A model generated the notes under the pieces. The model was not told where the DNA came from. It searched no databases and saw only the letters and a list, made by a program, of their open reading frames with translations. A stretch of DNA of 41,479 nt from Thermoleophilia bacterium (GTDB taxonomy: Bacteria > Actinomycetota > Thermoleophilia > Gaiellales > F1-60-MAGs149): positions 1 to 41,479 of the forward strand of contig JBAXOM010000003.1 of assembly GCA_037133215.1 (NCBI GenBank). The letters run 5' to 3'. A program made the translations under genes and the position numbers. Of this stretch, positions 19,477-28,772 are shown piece by piece; the stretch's first letter is position 1, and each line of letters begins with the position of its first letter.

Positions 19477-20763
19477 TTAGGACGTGGCGGCGAGTCGCGT
19501 CGCGACGAATCCTTCGCCTGCACCCTCGTCGGGTCGCAGGGTGAGAACCTCGTCGACTGCGAAGCCATCGGCCGAGTCGGACTCGGCTGTGCCAAGCGTG
19601 CAGACCGCGAACACGAGCACGCCTCCGGGCGCAAGCCGCGGTACGAGAAAGTCGACCATGCCCCGCTGCATCGCGGCGAGGCGCGCGACGTCCTCGGGCG
19701 TACGACGCCACCGCAGGTCTGGCCGCGAGCCAATCGTGCCAAAGCCTGAGCACGGGGCGTCGACGAGGATGCGATCGAAGCCCTGCTCCTCAGCGGGCAG
19801 GCTAAAGATGTCGATGGGCATGACGCGATGGCCATCAACACCCTGGCGATGAAGCGTCTCGACCAACTGGCGCGCTCGCGACTCATCGCGCTCCACACAC
19901 GTGAGCCCTTCGCCACCACCGAGTAGCGCGGCAATGTGCCCCGACTTGCCTCCCGGAGCCGCGCAGGCATCGAGCACACGCATGCCTGGCTCGGGCGCGA
20001 GGAAGGGTGCGATGCGCTGAGCGCTACGACTCATCGGTACGAGATCGCCACTCTGGAACGATTCGAGCGAGACAAGGTCGACGGCGCCCTCCACGACGCG
20101 CGCATCCGGCGCGTGCTCGTCCATGCCAAGCGTGACATCCAGCCGATCGAAGTCGGCGTAAATCCGGTCTTCCGCTCCCGTACGCAGCGTCGAAATGCGA
20201 AAGGCGACCTCTGGCGTGTCGTTGCCCGCGTCCATCAGTGCCCGCGCGACCTCGCCCCCAAACGCCTGCTCCCACGTCTCCGCGATCCAATCGGGGTACG
20301 AGCGACGCAGTGCTGCATCCGTAATCGTCTCATCGGGCAGCGCGTCGAGCCACTCGCGCCCGCCCTCCGACACGCGTCGCAGGAGCGCGTTGACGAGCCC
20401 GCCACCACCCTTGCCGCGCCGCGCATTGGCAAGGTCGACACTCGTCGAGACGGCTGCGTGTGGTGGGACGCGATCGAGCATCACCAGCTGATAGGCACCG
20501 AGCCGCACGATGCTGCGGGTTTCGGCATCGAGGTCGTCGGGGTCGCGCTTACCGAGCGCCAAGACCATCGCGTCGAGCACGCGCTGCGCCTTGATCGTGC
20601 CGGCCGCGAGCTGCGCAGCAAAGGCGCGATCGCGGCGATCGAGGTTGGCCTTGCTGGCCTCAGCGGTCAGTGCGCGATCCGCCCACGCTCCTCCCTGCTC
20701 CGTGCGCAACAACACCTCGAGTGCGACACCGCGCGCGTTGACGGGCCGCTTTAGACGGGACAC
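19477..20763 (-). CDS. rsmB: 16S rRNA m5C967 methyltransferase RsmB (Sun)
   Basis: NusB-like N-domain, DACAAPGGK, DAPCSG, AVCT. Start re-called to GTG 20763, overlapping the end of fmt. Confidence 0.93.
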   Translation of the reverse strand: MSRLKRPVNARGVALEVLLRTEQGGAWADRALTAEASKANLDRRDRAFAAQLAAGTIKAQRVLDAMVLALGKRDPDDLDAETRSIVRLGAYQLVMLDRVPPHAAVSTSVDLANARRGKGGGGLVNALLRRVSEGGREWLDALPDETITDAALRRSYPDWIAETWEQAFGGEVARALMDAGNDTPEVAFRISTLRTGAEDRIYADFDRLDVTLGMDEHAPDARVVEGAVDLVSLESFQSGDLVPMSRSAQRIAPFLAPEPGMRVLDACAAPGGKSGHIAALLGGGEGLTCVERDESRARQLVETLHRQGVDGHRVMPIDIFSLPAEEQGFDRILVDAPCSGFGTIGSRPDLRWRRTPEDVARLAAMQRGMVDFLVPRLAPGGVLVFAVCTLGTAESDSADGFAVDEVLTLRPDEGAGEGFVATRLAATS

Positions 20764-21674
20764 GAAGCACTCGTTGGCAGGTCGCGTCGACCCCGCAGCC
20801 ACTCGGCCGTGACCAGAGCTCGTTTGCCGGCGGTCTGCAGTTCGCTGATCGCAATTGCACCGTCGACACAGCCGACCTGCAGTTCGTCGCCTACGACGAC
20901 ACACGCTCCTGGCGCCATCTCGACTGTCGCCGCCGTCGCGCGCCAAATCGTGAAGCTCTCGCCATCAAGCATCAGCAGCGCGCCGATCTGTGGGCGGAGC
21001 GCGCGAATCCGATTGAGCGTGTCCGCAACGGTGTGCAGTGCCGGGTCGATCAGACGATCGATGCGTTCCAACTTGGCGGCATAGGTAGTGCCGTCCGTAG
21101 CCTGCGCCTCGGCATCGAGCGTGCCAGCGGCAGCAGCTTCGATCGCCCTGACGAGTGCGGGCACGCCGAGCCGCAACGCCTCCTGCTCAATCGTCTCGGT
21201 ATCGGCCTCATTCGCGACCGCAATCGGAGCGAGCGAGATCAGCGGCCCGGCATCGAGCTCGGCGACGGTCTGCATGATGGCCACGCCCGTCTGTGTGTCG
21301 CCCGCCATCAGCATCCGCTCGATCGGCGCAGCCCCACGCCAGCGCGGCAAGAGTGACGGGTGCAGGTTGAGCCACGGACAGAGCGCCAGCAGCTCGTCGG
21401 GCAGCAGCTGTCCGTACGCGCAGATCGCGACCGCAGCCGGCTCGATTGCCTGGAGCGCAGATAGTGCCTCGGCCGCGCGCTCTGGCTGAAGCAGAGGCAG
21501 ATCATGCTCGCGCGCAAAGGCCGCGACCGGAGGCGGTGTCAGGACACGCTTTCGGCCAGCCGGACGGTCGGGCTGGCTGAGCACGAGTGGTACATCGACA
21601 CCCGCCTCAAGCAGGCCACGCAAGACCTCCACGCCGAACGCGGACGTGCCCGCGAACGGTGCGCGGGCGCTCAG
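20751..21674 (-). CDS. fmt: Methionyl-tRNA formyltransferase (probable CTG start)
   Basis: QPDRPAGR, AYG, NLHPSLLPRWRGAAP, ELDAG. The N-terminal FAGT motif lies upstream of the first GTG (21632), implying a start at CTG 21674. Confidence 0.93.
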   Translation of the reverse strand: MSARAPFAGTSAFGVEVLRGLLEAGVDVPLVLSQPDRPAGRKRVLTPPPVAAFAREHDLPLLQPERAAEALSALQAIEPAAVAICAYGQLLPDELLALCPWLNLHPSLLPRWRGAAPIERMLMAGDTQTGVAIMQTVAELDAGPLISLAPIAVANEADTETIEQEALRLGVPALVRAIEAAAAGTLDAEAQATDGTTYAAKLERIDRLIDPALHTVADTLNRIRALRPQIGALLMLDGESFTIWRATAATVEMAPGACVVVGDELQVGCVDGAIAISELQTAGKRALVTAEWLRGRRDLPTSASCPV

Positions 21675-22240
21675 GTGATCCGCTCCCGCAGGATGCGAAG
21701 CGCACTGCGCCGCTCCTCAGGTGTCGCGCGATCGACCGTCAAGATGCCATTGAGGTGGTCGAGCTCGTGCTGCACGATGCGCGCATCCATATCGCGAAAG
21801 ACCTCTTGGTGCGTCTCTCCGCCCACATCCTGCCAGCGCACGGTGATCTCGACGTTCCGCTCGACGGGCACCGAGTGCCCGCTGCGAAGGAGAATATCGA
21901 GCGACAGGCAGCCTTCGCCGCCGACCTCCGTCTCCTCACTCGCCTGCAGAATCTCGGGATTTGCCATCGCCAACCACGGCTCATCGTCGCGCAGGCTAAT
22001 CACCACGAACTTCCGCAACAATCCAATCTGGGGCGCCGCGAGGCCGGCTCCGACAGCATCGTCGGCAAGCTCGAACATGCGCAGGGACAGTGCCTTGAGC
22101 TCGTCATCAAACTCCAAAATCGGGCGAGTCTCGCTCCGCAGCACGGGATCAGGAAACTGGCGAATCTGGGCCTGTGCGAGTTTGCGACGCGTTTCGCGCT
22201 CTGCCTTCTCCCGCTCTTCTTTCTTATCGCCTCGTGCCAT
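21671..22240 (-). CDS. def: Peptide deformylase
   Basis: GAGLAAPQIG, EGCLS, QHELDHLNG; start ATG 22240 (TAGCGT 7 nt upstream). Confidence 0.96.
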   Translation of the reverse strand: MARGDKKEEREKAERETRRKLAQAQIRQFPDPVLRSETRPILEFDDELKALSLRMFELADDAVGAGLAAPQIGLLRKFVVISLRDDEPWLAMANPEILQASEETEVGGEGCLSLDILLRSGHSVPVERNVEITVRWQDVGGETHQEVFRDMDARIVQHELDHLNGILTVDRATPEERRSALRILRERIT

Positions 22241-22250
22241 CTGTCGAACG

Positions 22251-23012
22251 CTACGCCCGCGGTTCCTTCGGCGCAACTGGCGCGACACGCGCGACGCTGG
22301 CGACGAGCGTGCCAATCGTCTCGCCCCGTACGACCCGCACGATGTTCTCGGCGTCGTTGACGTTGAAGACGCGGATTGGCATGTCATTCTCCATGCACAA
22401 GGACAGCGCCGTGGTGTCCATCACCTTGAGGCCACGCTCGATCGCCGCGAGGTGCGTTAGCTCGGTGATCAACTGCGCATCGGGATTGACGCGCGGATCT
22501 GCATCCAACACGCCCTCGACACCGTTTTTGCCCATCAGGATCGTCTGCGCGCCAATCTCGCACGCTCGCAGCGCCGCTGCCGTGTCGGTCGTGAAGTACG
22601 GGTTGCCGGTACCGCCCGCGAAGATAATCACACGCCCCTTCTCAAGGTGGCGAATCGCACGACGTCGAATGTACGGCTCTGCGACCTCTTGGATATTGAG
22701 CGCGCTGAGGATCCGGGTGAATACGCCAATGCGCTCGCAGGCGTCCTGCACCGCGATCGCGTTGAGCACCGTTGCGAGCATGCCCGCATAGTCCGCGCTG
22801 GCGCGATCCATTCCCTTGGCCGACTCGGCCATGCCCCGGAAGATGTTGCCGCCGCCAACGACGATCGCGACCTCAACACCGAGCTCACGCACCTGCTGGA
22901 TGGCAAACGCAATCTCAGCAGTACGTGCAGGGTCCACGCCATAGCCCGTGTCCCCCATCAACGACTCTCCCGATAGCTTCAGGAGAACGCGACTAAAGGG
23001 GGCTGTGGACAT
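22251..23012 (-). CDS. pyrH: UMP kinase
   Basis: [28 protein letters not shown] motifs. Confidence 0.97.
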   Translation of the reverse strand: MSTAPFSRVLLKLSGESLMGDTGYGVDPARTAEIAFAIQQVRELGVEVAIVVGGGNIFRGMAESAKGMDRASADYAGMLATVLNAIAVQDACERIGVFTRILSALNIQEVAEPYIRRRAIRHLEKGRVIIFAGGTGNPYFTTDTAAALRACEIGAQTILMGKNGVEGVLDADPRVNPDAQLITELTHLAAIERGLKVMDTTALSLCMENDMPIRVFNVNDAENIVRVVRGETIGTLVASVARVAPVAPKEPRA

Positions 23013-23015
23013 GAC

Positions 23016-23618
23016 TTACTCCTGGCCGAGGGTGTAGCTGGCGAAACGCTTGATCTCGATGTTCTCACCCATCTCGGACGACAAGGCCGCACGCACCTGC
23101 TCAACGGAGAGATCCTCATCGCGGAAATACGGCTGATTGAGGAGCACGACCTCTTCGTACCACTTGCGCAGCTTGCCTTCGGCGATCTTGTCCTGCACGT
23201 CGGCGGGCTTGTCGGCAGCCTGGGAGCGATAGACCTCGATCTCGGCGGCCTTGGCCTCTTCTGGGACCTCTTCAACGGACACGTAGAGCGTGCCGTCGCT
23301 CGAGACGATCTGCAGGCAGATGTCCTTGGCGAACTCTTGGAACTTGTCGGTGTTCGCGACGAAGTCGGTCTCGCAACCAATCTCGACGAGGACACCCTTG
23401 GTGCCACCACCGTGAATGTACGAGGCAACCTTGCCGTCGGTCGTCGTGCGTCCGCCGCGCTTGGCGGCCTTGGCCTGACCACGCTCGCGCAGGATCTTCT
23501 TCGCTGCGTCAAGGTCGCCAGCGGCTTCGCTCAGGGCGTCACGAACATCGAGCATGCCGGCACCCGTCTGGTCGCGTAGGACCTTAACTTCGGCGGCACT
23601 TGGCTTGTAATCACTCAT
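23016..23618 (-). CDS. tsf: Elongation factor Ts (short, about 200-aa type)
   Basis: LRDQTGAGM, SYIH, CETDFVA, MGENIEIKRF; between rpsB and pyrH. Confidence 0.96.
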   Translation of the reverse strand: MSDYKPSAAEVKVLRDQTGAGMLDVRDALSEAAGDLDAAKKILRERGQAKAAKRGGRTTTDGKVASYIHGGGTKGVLVEIGCETDFVANTDKFQEFAKDICLQIVSSDGTLYVSVEEVPEEAKAAEIEVYRSQAADKPADVQDKIAEGKLRKWYEEVVLLNQPYFRDEDLSVEQVRAALSSEMGENIEIKRFASYTLGQE

Positions 23619-23672
23619 GATTCTCGGTCCTTCTCGGCCTACGGCCGCATACGTCTCGTGTCGGCTCCGCGC

Positions 23673-24692
23673 TTAGGCGGAGGGATTCTCTTCTGCAGCG
23701 ACCTCGGCCTCAGCTTCGACGATCGCCTCGGCGACCACCTCGGCAACGGCGATGTCTGCAATTGCCTCGGCGACAGCCTCTTCGGCGATCTCCTCGGCGA
23801 TGACGGCCTCAGCAACGGCCTCGACGACCTGCTCCTGCGTGGCAGTCGGATCGGCGATGACAGCCTCGGCCTCGGCCTCGGCGACGAGCGCCTCAGCGAC
23901 AGCAACCTCGGCGACGATCTCAGAGACCTCAGCCTGCGCCAGGATCTCGGCGACAGCCTCATCAACCGCAGCGGCTTCGTCAGACGAGAGACCCTCAACG
24001 GCGGACGGCAAGTGCTTCCGACCCTCGATGACACCGTCGGCAATGATGCGCGCGATCAGATCGTTCGAGCGGATCGCGTCGTCGTTGCCGGGAATAGCCA
24101 GGTCGACCTGGTCGGGATCGCAGTTCGTATCAACGAGACCGATCAACGGAATGCCAAGGCGCTTGGCCTCGTGCACAGCCAACTGCTCGGCGGTGAGGTC
24201 GATCACGAAGATCGCGCTCGGAACCTTGCTCATCATGGCAACGCCGCTGAGGTTCTTCTCGAGCTTCTCGAGCTCGTGGAGACGCACCAGGCGCTCCTTG
24301 GCGGGCAGCAGCTCCAACTGGCCTTCCTCGTTGAGGCGGCGCAGCTCGTGAAGACGCTGAATGCGGTCGGTGATGGTGCGGAAGTTGGTCAGGAGACCGC
24401 CGAGCCAACGATGGTTGACGTACGGCATGCCGCAGCGATCGGCCTGCGTCGCGATGGCGTCACGGGCCTGCTTCTTGGTGCCGACGAACAACACGCTGCC
24501 ACCCTGGGCGGCGATGTCGCGAACCATCTCGTGCGCCTCTTGGGCCAGCACGATCGTCTTCTGCAAATCGATCACATAGATGCCGCCACGCTCGCCGAAA
24601 ATAAAGCGGCGCATCTTCGGATTCCAGCGTCGGGTCTGATGACCGAAGTGAACTCCGGCCTCCAACAGTTCTCGCATGCTGACTGCAGCCAT
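23673..24692 (-). CDS. rpsB: 30S ribosomal protein S2 with a long acidic C-terminal tail
   Basis: LLEAGVHFGHQTRRWNPKM, RWLGGLLTNF, VDTNCDP, PGNDDAIRS; SD GAAGGAG before ATG 24692. Confidence 0.98.
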   Translation of the reverse strand: MAAVSMRELLEAGVHFGHQTRRWNPKMRRFIFGERGGIYVIDLQKTIVLAQEAHEMVRDIAAQGGSVLFVGTKKQARDAIATQADRCGMPYVNHRWLGGLLTNFRTITDRIQRLHELRRLNEEGQLELLPAKERLVRLHELEKLEKNLSGVAMMSKVPSAIFVIDLTAEQLAVHEAKRLGIPLIGLVDTNCDPDQVDLAIPGNDDAIRSNDLIARIIADGVIEGRKHLPSAVEGLSSDEAAAVDEAVAEILAQAEVSEIVAEVAVAEALVAEAEAEAVIADPTATQEQVVEAVAEAVIAEEIAEEAVAEAIADIAVAEVVAEAIVEAEAEVAAEENPSA

Positions 24693-24826
24693 AACGGCTC
24701 CTTCAAATTGGGTTCTAATGGTCGAGCACCTGCTGGCATCTACTGAGACCGACGGGGTCGGCACCTCTCAGCGAGACACGCCCCAGCAGGGGAGTGGTTC
24801 GCACGACGGAATGTCGTGCGTTGGAC
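24693..24826 (-). promoter_or_regulatory. Structured 5' leader of rpsB (putative S2 autoregulatory element)
   Basis: Minus strand: TACGGT -10-like box, hairpin CGCACGAC/GTCGTGCG, then nested stems CCTGCTGG/CCAGCAGG, CTGAGA/TCTCAG and CCGAC/GTCGG. Confidence 0.65.
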
Positions 24827-24862
24827 AGGCGCAACCGTACCAACGCTCGGGTCTTCGGCGCG

Positions 24863-25771
24863 CTACTCCGGGCGCAGCGAGGTGAGCGCACGCTCAAAAT
24901 CGGCGGGAACCGGCGAGGTGAATTCCAGCCGCTCGCCCGAGACGGGATGCAAAAAGGCCAGCCGATGAGCATGGAGGGCCTGGTGCTCGAGACCGAGCCG
25001 GTCACTCGACGATGGCCCGTAGACCGGATCGCCCACAATCGGATACTTGATCGCGCCGAAGTGAACGCGAATCTGGTGCGTGCGGCCCGTCTCGAGGTGG
25101 ACCGAAAGCAGCGTGTGCTCTGGGAAGGCCTCGACCAACTCGAAGTGTGTCGTCGCAGGGCGCGCGCCAATGCCATCAATCATGCGTCGCGTTCGGTTTT
25201 GTGGATCGCGCCCGATTGGAGCCTCAATGCGCCCAGCGATGCTGGGTGGACGGCCATGGACCAGCGCGACGTACTCGCGCTCGATTTCGCGCTTCTTCAT
25301 CTGCTTCTGCAGCGACTTCAGCGTCTCGGCGTCGCGTGCCACAACGAGCAGGCCCGAGGTCTCCTTATCCAGGCGGTGCACGATGCCGGGCCGATCGTCG
25401 TCGCCGCCCGCGGCCATCCCACGCGCCGCCAGAATACCCGCCAAGGACGGCCCCTTCGAACTGGGTGCTGCGTGCGTGACCAAACCGACCGGCTTGTCCA
25501 CGACGACGAGGTACTCGTCCTCATAGACAATGCGTGGCTCGAGATCGACCGGTGCCTCCTCGACAACCACGGCTTTCTCCGGCACATCAATCGCCACAAC
25601 CATGCCGCGCTGCACGCGCGAGCTGCGCGAGCGACTCGCACCGTCAACGGTCACGTGACCGTCCTCGATCAGACGCTGCGCCTCGGCCCGCGAAATTCCA
25701 CCCAGCGACTCGTGCACGATGCGGTCCAGCCGCGCACCAGCGTGCTCGGCTGTAACGGTGACGGTAATCAT
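24863..25771 (-). CDS. rluD: RluA/RluD family 23S rRNA pseudouridine synthase
   Basis: S4 domain (RLD...SRAEAQRLI), VDKP, VHRLDKETSG, TGRTHQIRVH, LHA. Confidence 0.93.
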   Translation of the reverse strand: MITVTVTAEHAGARLDRIVHESLGGISRAEAQRLIEDGHVTVDGASRSRSSRVQRGMVVAIDVPEKAVVVEEAPVDLEPRIVYEDEYLVVVDKPVGLVTHAAPSSKGPSLAGILAARGMAAGGDDDRPGIVHRLDKETSGLLVVARDAETLKSLQKQMKKREIEREYVALVHGRPPSIAGRIEAPIGRDPQNRTRRMIDGIGARPATTHFELVEAFPEHTLLSVHLETGRTHQIRVHFGAIKYPIVGDPVYGPSSSDRLGLEHQALHAHRLAFLHPVSGERLEFTSPVPADFERALTSLRPE

Positions 25772-26289
25772 TCGCTCTTCGCGTGCTCGCTCGAGAGCAG
25801 CGTGATCAAGAGCCCAATCACGCCGGCAGTGATCGCGGCGTCGGCAAGATTGAAGACGGGAAAGTGGCTAACCTCGAGAAAGTCGGTGACGTGCCCCTGG
25901 GTGATGCGGTCAAACAGGTTTGAGGTCGCACCACCAACCAAAAGACCGATCGCGACAGGCAACAGGCTATGTCGCCCGCCCGAACGGCCGAAGTAGATCA
26001 ACATGAAGGCAATCGCGACCACGGAGCCGGCGATGACAATAATCTGGTTGTCGCGGAACTGGCCGAACGCGATTCCCGTATTGATCGTGTTCGTAAAATG
26101 GAAAAACGGCAGCACCTCGAACGGATCATTCGGCGTAAACGAATTCCGCGCAATCAGCTTTGTGACCTGATCGGCAACGATCGTCACCAGAGCAATCACC
26201 ACGAGCGCGACCCACTGCAGCGCATCGGCTGACTGGGCTGGAGACGGCCGAAGCGGCTCTACCGCGGGCTTGGGCGGCAGGGATGGCAT
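25768..26289 (-). CDS. lspA: Lipoprotein signal peptidase II
   Basis: DQVTK, NTGIAFG, GATSNLFDR, VTDF, FNLAD; start re-called to ATG 26289. Confidence 0.95.
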   Translation of the reverse strand: MPSLPPKPAVEPLRPSPAQSADALQWVALVVIALVTIVADQVTKLIARNSFTPNDPFEVLPFFHFTNTINTGIAFGQFRDNQIIVIAGSVVAIAFMLIYFGRSGGRHSLLPVAIGLLVGGATSNLFDRITQGHVTDFLEVSHFPVFNLADAAITAGVIGLLITLLSSEHAKSE

Positions 26290-26293
26290 CGCC

Positions 26294-26638
26294 TCAGCGG
26301 TGCTCCTGCTGGCGCTGACATTCGACGCAACGAGCACTCGCTGGCAGCGCTGTCAGGCGCTTCTCGGGAATCGCTTCGCCACAATCAATGCAGACGCCGT
26401 ACGTCCCGGCCGCGATGCGTGCGAGCGCAGCGTCGACTTCGTCAAGGTTTGCCTGCAGATCGTCAACGACACCCTCGTCAAGTTCGTCTTCGTACGTGGC
26501 GACAGCATCATCCGAACCCGCACCCAGACGATCCGCGCTGTCTCGACCGTTGCCATTTTCGGCGCTGAGATGCTCGAGGTCGTGGGCGATGCGTGCGCGC
26601 TCACTGGTCAGCGCGGTTGTGGCGACGTCGAGTTCCAT
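26294..26638 (-). CDS. TraR/DksA family C4 zinc-finger protein
   Basis: Acidic coiled coil plus GTYGVCIDCGEAIP..RL..LP....CVEC. Confidence 0.92.
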   Translation of the reverse strand: MELDVATTALTSERARIAHDLEHLSAENGNGRDSADRLGAGSDDAVATYEDELDEGVVDDLQANLDEVDAALARIAAGTYGVCIDCGEAIPEKRLTALPASARCVECQRQQEHR

Positions 26639-26676
26639 GCGCGAACCATACCCCTGCCCGCGAGGAGGGAGCCCCG

Positions 26677-27183
26677 TCAGTGCATGGTGACCGCATCGGC
26701 GAGCGGCTCGCGCTCTTCCGTGCGATCGTCGGTGTCCTCGACCTCATCGAGGACCGCCTCGGCCGTACTGAGAAACGCGCGGTAGCGTGCCTGCAACTCG
26801 CGGCCGCGTTGTTCAATCGCCTGCGTATCGCGCCAGACAGCGGAGCGCTGATGATGCGCCTCACCCAAAACCTCACGCGCCTCTTGTTCGGCCTCGCGCA
26901 CAATCTGAGCGGCCTCCTTACGGGCGGCCTCCTTCTGATCGGCAGCGTGCTTCTCGGCACTCACGAGCGTGCGCCGGAGGAGATCCTCCATATCGCGATA
27001 GCGCTTGACCTCGGTCTCGAGCGTCTCGATCCGCTCCTGCATGTCCACGCGGTTCTGCCACGTCTCCTGGTACGCGTCCGCCAACTCTTCGATCATGTCG
27101 TCGACATCAGGGCGTCGGTACCCAAACAGGGAACGACGAAGTGGCGTGTGCCGGAGCTCTGCGGGAGTAATAGCCATGGGCAT
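26677..27183 (-). CDS. divIVA: DivIVA domain cell division protein
   Basis: ITPAEL...GYRRPDVDD N-domain plus coiled coil; follows yggT. Confidence 0.9.
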   Translation of the reverse strand: MPMAITPAELRHTPLRRSLFGYRRPDVDDMIEELADAYQETWQNRVDMQERIETLETEVKRYRDMEDLLRRTLVSAEKHAADQKEAARKEAAQIVREAEQEAREVLGEAHHQRSAVWRDTQAIEQRGRELQARYRAFLSTAEAVLDEVEDTDDRTEEREPLADAVTMH

Positions 27184-27222
27184 GACCTACGGCACCCCCT
27201 CGAAATCTCCTGCCCTCGTTTG

Positions 27223-27501
27223 CTAACCGATAATCAGCTGTTGCACGAGGCCAGAACCGATCCACAGGGCGAACAGCGCCACCATTGCGGACAGGTCGAG
27301 TGGGCCGATCGGCGGGATAAAGCGCCGAAACAGCAGCAACAACGGGGCAACGGTCTCGTCGAGGAAACGACGCATCGTCATCACTGGTGAGGAATACCCG
27401 AGCGGTACAAACGATTGCATCGCGTAGATCAGGATCATGATCGTGTACACGATCGTGAGCGAGCTCACAAACGTGGCGATCAGGGCGCGGTCGAACGTCA
27501 T
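27223..27501 (-). CDS. yggT: YggT/YlmG family membrane protein
   Basis: Hydrophobic, with PLL..FRRFIPPIGPLDLS motif. Confidence 0.9.
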   Translation of the reverse strand: MTFDRALIATFVSSLTIVYTIMILIYAMQSFVPLGYSSPVMTMRRFLDETVAPLLLLFRRFIPPIGPLDLSAMVALFALWIGSGLVQQLIIG

Positions 27502-28298
27502 GAGCCGCTCCGTAGTTCGGTGCCACGATCGCGGGCCGCGCGTGCTGCCGCGACGAGAGCCGCGGGAAGCCCAGCAGACTCAAGTGCGGCAATGCCGGCC
27601 GCAGTGGTGCCTCCAGGCGAGGTGACTCGCTCGCGGAGCGCGGTCGCACTCTCCCCCGTCTCGGCCAGATACCGTCCGGTGCCAGCGAAGGTATCGACCA
27701 CGAGGCGATTGGCGTCGTCAGCAGAAAAACCAACGTCGATCGCGGCGGCAACGAACGTCTCGATGACGTACGCCAGCATCCCCGGCCCAGAGCCCGAGAT
27801 GGCAGTTGCAGCGTCGAACATCGACTCGTCCATCGGCACCGCCGTACCGACGGCCTTGAGCCATGGTGTCAGCGCGGCGACGGCGTCGGCATCTCCACAG
27901 ACAGCAGAGACGCCTCCACCCACGGCAACCGGGATGTTCGGCATGAAGCGAGCGATGTTGGTCTCGTCGGCGAGCTCGGCGCGAATCGTGGCCAGTTCGA
28001 CTCCGGCGGCGGCCGACGCGACACAGGCGCCCGTTCGCAAGGTCGTGGCAACCTCTGCAGCAGCGCCCGGAACATCTTGCGGCTTGACGAGCAGGATCAC
28101 GAGATCGGCTTCGGCGGCAACGGCAGCGGGCGTGGCACGTACTCCAATGCCATGTTGAGTGGCCAGCGCCTCGGCGACACCCTCGTAGCGATCGGTGGCC
28201 AGAATCCTCGGGGCGCAGGACGGGTCGGCGGCAACCCAGCCAGCAACGAGCGCCGAGGCGAGCCGCCCTGCTCCGATCAATCCCAGTGTTGCCGTCAT
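27498..28298 (-). CDS. proC: Pyrroline-5-carboxylate reductase
   Basis: IGAGRL, VKPQ, RFMPN, SGSGPG, VTSPGGTT. Confidence 0.95.
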   Translation of the reverse strand: MTATLGLIGAGRLASALVAGWVAADPSCAPRILATDRYEGVAEALATQHGIGVRATPAAVAAEADLVILLVKPQDVPGAAAEVATTLRTGACVASAAAGVELATIRAELADETNIARFMPNIPVAVGGGVSAVCGDADAVAALTPWLKAVGTAVPMDESMFDAATAISGSGPGMLAYVIETFVAAAIDVGFSADDANRLVVDTFAGTGRYLAETGESATALRERVTSPGGTTAAGIAALESAGLPAALVAAARAARDRGTELRSGS

Positions 28299-28357
28299 GC
28301 GCGGCAGTGTACGTGACGGACAGGTTCGCGCCGGATCGTGTCACGTAGAATCGTCCC

Positions 28358-28771
28358 ATGAGCGAACACCACGACGGCGGCTGTCTGTGTGGCAGCGTGC
28401 GGTATCGCGTCAACGGCCCACTGCGCGATGTGACGACCTGTCACTGCGGCGAGTGCCGACGCATGCATGGCGGTGCTGCGCCATATACGGCCTGTCCGGA
28501 CGATAGCCTCGAACTCCTAGCCGACGCTGGTCTGACCTGGATCGAGAGTCCCCACAGCACGACCAATGCGGTGCGCGGTTTCTGCGCGAACTGCGGCTCG
28601 TCGCTGTTTTGGAAGGCACCCGATCGTGAGTACACGGCGATCGCAGCCGGCAGCGTCGACGAGCCGTCGGGGCTGAAGTCGGTCGGACATATCTGGTGGG
28701 ACGGGCGCGCCGACTGGGAGGTCCCGGACGGACTCCCCACGTCGAGCTCTGGCACCTCGACGAACGGCTGA
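28358..28771 (+). CDS. GFA/Mss4-like (CENP-V) zinc protein
   Basis: GGCLCGSVRY, CHCGECRR, RGFCANCGS; TAGAAT 6 nt before ATG. Confidence 0.92.
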   Translation: MSEHHDGGCLCGSVRYRVNGPLRDVTTCHCGECRRMHGGAAPYTACPDDSLELLADAGLTWIESPHSTTNAVRGFCANCGSSLFWKAPDREYTAIAAGSVDEPSGLKSVGHIWWDGRADWEVPDGLPTSSSGTSTNG

Positions 28772-28772
28772 G

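Noticed and set aside
23658-24746. 362-aa plus-strand ORF with LGD repeats, and repetitive CCTCGGCGA DNA
   Set aside because: Mirror of rpsB and its Ala/Glu tail; the repeats are codon-level, not a CRISPR or satellite array.
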